Positions 61,675-64,000 of a stretch of DNA of 64,000 nucleotides are shown here, one piece after another. The DNA lies in NCBI GenBank assembly GCA_002436105.1, contig DIXU01000008.1, positions 145,979 through 209,978 of the forward strand, read 5' to 3'. The translations under genes were made by a program, and so were the position numbers. The stretch is from Candidatus Aminicenantes bacterium UBA6072. GTDB lineage: Bacteria; Acidobacteriota; Aminicenantia; UBA2199. Under the pieces are notes generated by a model. It ran no database searches and was not told where the DNA came from. It saw only the letters and a program-made list of their open reading frames with translations. Position 1 is the first letter of the stretch. Each line of letters begins with the position of its first letter.

Positions 61675-64000
61675 TCACTCCAACGCCGCGGCGCGGACCC
61701 ATTTTTTGCGTGCTTTTTCCCGCTCAGCCGGCGGATAGAAGTGCCGGGCATAGCGCGAAGAATAGATCCGGTCGAACAACTCTTCCGAAAGGGAAAATTT
61801 CCGCAGAACGGCCTGGTATTCATTCCAGTAAGACTTGCTCTTGGCGGTATTCACCTTGATCAACTCCAGATCCGGCAGGAGCAGAAAATCGGCCATGGCC
61901 GGACGGAAACTTCGCTCCAGGTCCTCCAGCCGGATCAGCACCACGCTGACGTTCCCCTTGTTGAGGATCGTATAACCGCGGGCGAAGTCATATGGAACTG
62001 AATAAATGTCGATCCCGAAAACCTGCTCCAACTCCACGTTGAACCAGGAGCTTGAGTAATCCCGCTTTTCATCAAATTCGTGGAACACCGTGTTCATCAG
62101 TGTCCTGACCACCTTGTCGATATTGATCTTCTGCGGTGAGTCAAAGACCTCATGACGGTATACGGCGATGTTTTCAAAAAACGAGGACAACTTCACGCTC
62201 ACCGGGTCCCGGGTCATGGTGATGATCTTCCAAGGCACCCGCGTCCGGTTGGCATCGATCCATGCCCTGAGATCCCTGCTGAATTGCAGATCCTCCGCTA
62301 TCCTGGGGAGCTGCAGGGAATCAAAATATTTCAGCCAATCCGTTTTTCGCTGGATCCCCTGTTCCGACAACTGATGGACATGGAAAATGGCATGGCGGCT
62401 GTCGGCCTGCTTCAATGTCCTGTAAACCGATGACGACCCCACCTTGCCCATCTGGTAGATCAGGAGAGGAGAAGGATCTCCAGCACGTCCGACTTGGGGG
62501 AAATCCTGGGAAGATCCGGCCCGGGAGTTCAACGCCGTTTCGACCATCCGCGGGTATCTGCGATCTGTTCGAATCAAGTCCGCGTTCGGGGCGTTATTCC
62601 CGCAGGCGGCCAAAAGCGGCGATGGCGGGGCAGCCTGACCGGCAACGGATCCCTTGACGGCAACGAGATGACCGGCCAGGCCGTATTTGGCCAATAGCCG
62701 GCGGGGATAATCGATGGGAGAGAGGGGGGGCAGGAATCGCTGCAGATCCCGGCGCCGGCGATAGAACTGGATAAAAACCAGGGGATCACGGAAAAGCCAG
62801 GGCAAACCGATCCCGATCCTTCGCAGCAGTGGCAGAGGCATCGGGGCGGAACGCTGCCGGGCTTCCCTGAGCGTCTCAACCAGCCTTTCTTTCCGATAGA
62901 GGCAGATCAGTTCGCTGAGGCGCAGCTTGCGTAGGAGTTTGGGCTCGATGCGGCGGGCGGCGCGGAAGGCATGACGCACCATCATGATCAGTTCGCGCTT
63001 CCGGCTGGCCGCGTCCAGTTTGCTGATGTCGGTATTCTGCCGCTCATGGACTCTCCAGGCAGCCAGTGTGCGGGGCACATGGACGGTGTCGGCCAGCAAG
63101 GACGCTCGCATGCCCCATTCAAAATCGGCGGCCGGGCCGAATCGCGTCGAGAACAGGCCCACCCGCTCAAAAAGCCGCCTGCGGATCAACAATTGAGTCA
63201 TGGATGTATAAACAGTCCGCACGCCGCAATGCAGCACGCCGTCAAAAGGAGCGCGGCGGATGTGCGCATGATCGATCCAATCCTCAAAAAACCTCGTACT
63301 GAACAGGCGATCCCAGTTCAGGCGCGAACTTGGATCCCCATTTTCGTCAATGATGCGCAGTTTGCAATGGGCCAGGTCGCAGTCCGGGTTCTCGTCCAGC
63401 GCCCGAACCATATGCTCGAGGAAGTCAAGCTCCATGGTGTCATCGCTGGGCGCGATCAGCACGTATTCCCCCCTGGCCAGTCCGATGCAGCGGTTCCAGT
63501 TCACGTAAATGCCCCGCTGCGGCGTCTGGAAGATGCGAATGCGCGGATCCTTGGCGGCCCATTCCCGGAAGAATTCCCAGGCGCCGTCCGTGGATTGGCT
63601 GTCCACCACCACCAGCTCCCAATCGCCGAACGTCTGCCCCTGGATCGACCGCATCCGCTCGTCCAGGAAGGGCCTGTGATTCAGGTTGGGAAGCAGAATG
63701 GAAACTCGCGGCGCCGGCAGGGGCGCATCCGGGGCGTCATTGCCGGCGGACAATGTTCTCAGCCTTGCCAGCAGATCCTGCTCCGCCGCCAGGGATGCGG
63801 GAATGGGTGGCGGTGCCATCCCCCCATGAAACTCCCCGGCGGCCCGGCCCAGGTCATCCAGACCGGCAAATTCAAACAGCCCGGCCCCGTTGAACTCATG
63901 GTAGGAACGGGCGGCATGGGCGTTGGCCAAAACCGGCACTCCGGCCAGCAGCATTTCCCTGATCTTCGTCAAGGCGCCCGAGCCGGATTCCTGGAAACAG
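61675..64000 (-). CDS. multidomain glycosyltransferase: GT4-like C-terminus (runs off window) + GT2 + sulfotransferase-like domain
   Basis: Continuous frame to the window end. Encodes ESGSGALTKIREMLLAGVPVLA (GT1/GT4 C-terminal motif), VSILLPNLNHRPF...DSQSTDG (GT2, DxD), then LLIYQMGKVGSSSVYRTL (P-loop). Confidence 0.6.
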   Translation of the reverse strand, partial: CFQESGSGALTKIREMLLAGVPVLANAHAARSYHEFNGAGLFEFAGLDDLGRAAGEFHGGMAPPPIPASLAAEQDLLARLRTLSAGNDAPDAPLPAPRVSILLPNLNHRPFLDERMRSIQGQTFGDWELVVVDSQSTDGAWEFFREWAAKDPRIRIFQTPQRGIYVNWNRCIGLARGEYVLIAPSDDTMELDFLEHMVRALDENPDCDLAHCKLRIIDENGDPSSRLNWDRLFSTRFFEDWIDHAHIRRAPFDGVLHCGVRTVYTSMTQLLIRRRLFERVGLFSTRFGPAADFEWGMRASLLADTVHVPRTLAAWRVHERQNTDISKLDAASRKRELIMMVRHAFRAARRIEPKLLRKLRLSELICLYRKERLVETLREARQRSAPMPLPLLRRIGIGLPWLFRDPLVFIQFYRRRRDLQRFLPPLSPIDYPRRLLAKYGLAGHLVAVKGSVAGQAAPPSPLLAACGNNAPNADLIRTDRRYPRMVETALNSRAGSSQDFPQVGRAGDPSPLLIYQMGKVGSSSVYRTLKQADSRHAIFHVHQLSEQGIQRKTDWLKYFDSLQLPRIAEDLQFSRDLRAWIDANRTRVPWKIITMTRDPVSVKLSSFFENIAVYRHEVFDSPQKINIDKVVRTLMNTVFHEFDEKRDYSSSWFNVELEQVFGIDIYSVPYDFARGYTILNKGNVSVVLIRLEDLERSFRPAMADFLLLPDLELIKVNTAKSKSYWNEYQAVLRKFSLSEELFDRIYSSRYARHFYPPAEREKARKKWVRAAALE

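Overview
High-GC (about 65%) bacterial chromosomal segment from a diderm organism, with TonB-ExbBD, TolC, LptA-like and OM beta-barrel genes; the phylum cannot be determined from sequence alone. It is densely coded and mostly housekeeping.

**Gene content in order:**
- 1-2558: gap (partial), an SPFH/zinc-ribbon pair.
- 2608-9809: a lipid kinase, tonB-exbB-exbD, the tgt-yajC-secD-secF operon.
- 9841-15709: a TPR protein, UDP-xylose synthase-like, feoAB, a LysE exporter, recO.
- 15762-20970: small OM beta-barrel paralogs, an AI-2E transporter, sucCD with an orphan class-I fumarase beta subunit.
- 20980-31805: a secreted beta-propeller + S55 (SpoIVB-like) peptidase operon, an LptA-like giant, rubrerythrin, tsaC, a NamZ-like gene, an LtaS/EptA-like membrane protein.
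- 31980-35996: rpoZ-waaF-gmhB, an ECF sigma/anti-sigma module with two LTXXQ (Spy/CpxP-like) proteins.
- 36071-42718: a TetR-controlled ABC-2/HlyD/TolC efflux operon.
- 43668-50656: a DUF1998 (MrfA/YprA-like) helicase, arsR-trx, rluA, acetyl-CoA synthetase.

**Most unusual signals:**
1. A low-GC, probably acquired segment (about 50.7-54.7 kb) bounded by an intact acs 3' end and a degenerate second copy of that acs 3' end (54748-54950). It carries a SAM methyltransferase and a second LtaS/EptA-like membrane protein.
2. Immediately after it, a same-strand glycan-tailoring locus (55057 to past the window end) on the minus strand. It encodes two sulfotransferase-like P-loop domains, one in a 920-aa protein with an internally repetitive coiled-coil spacer and one fused behind GT4-like and GT2 domains. 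It also encodes an MBOAT O-acyltransferase with a partner protein and a SAM methyltransferase. This is consistent with synthesis of a sulfated, acylated, methylated surface glycan.
3. A family of extragenic elements (46.6-48.9 kb) built from inverted arrays of 7-8-nt tandem repeats.
4. Consensus sigma70 promoters placed so that feoA and the lysE-like gene are probably leaderless.

No CRISPR array, rRNA, tRNA, integrase or transposase was recognisable.
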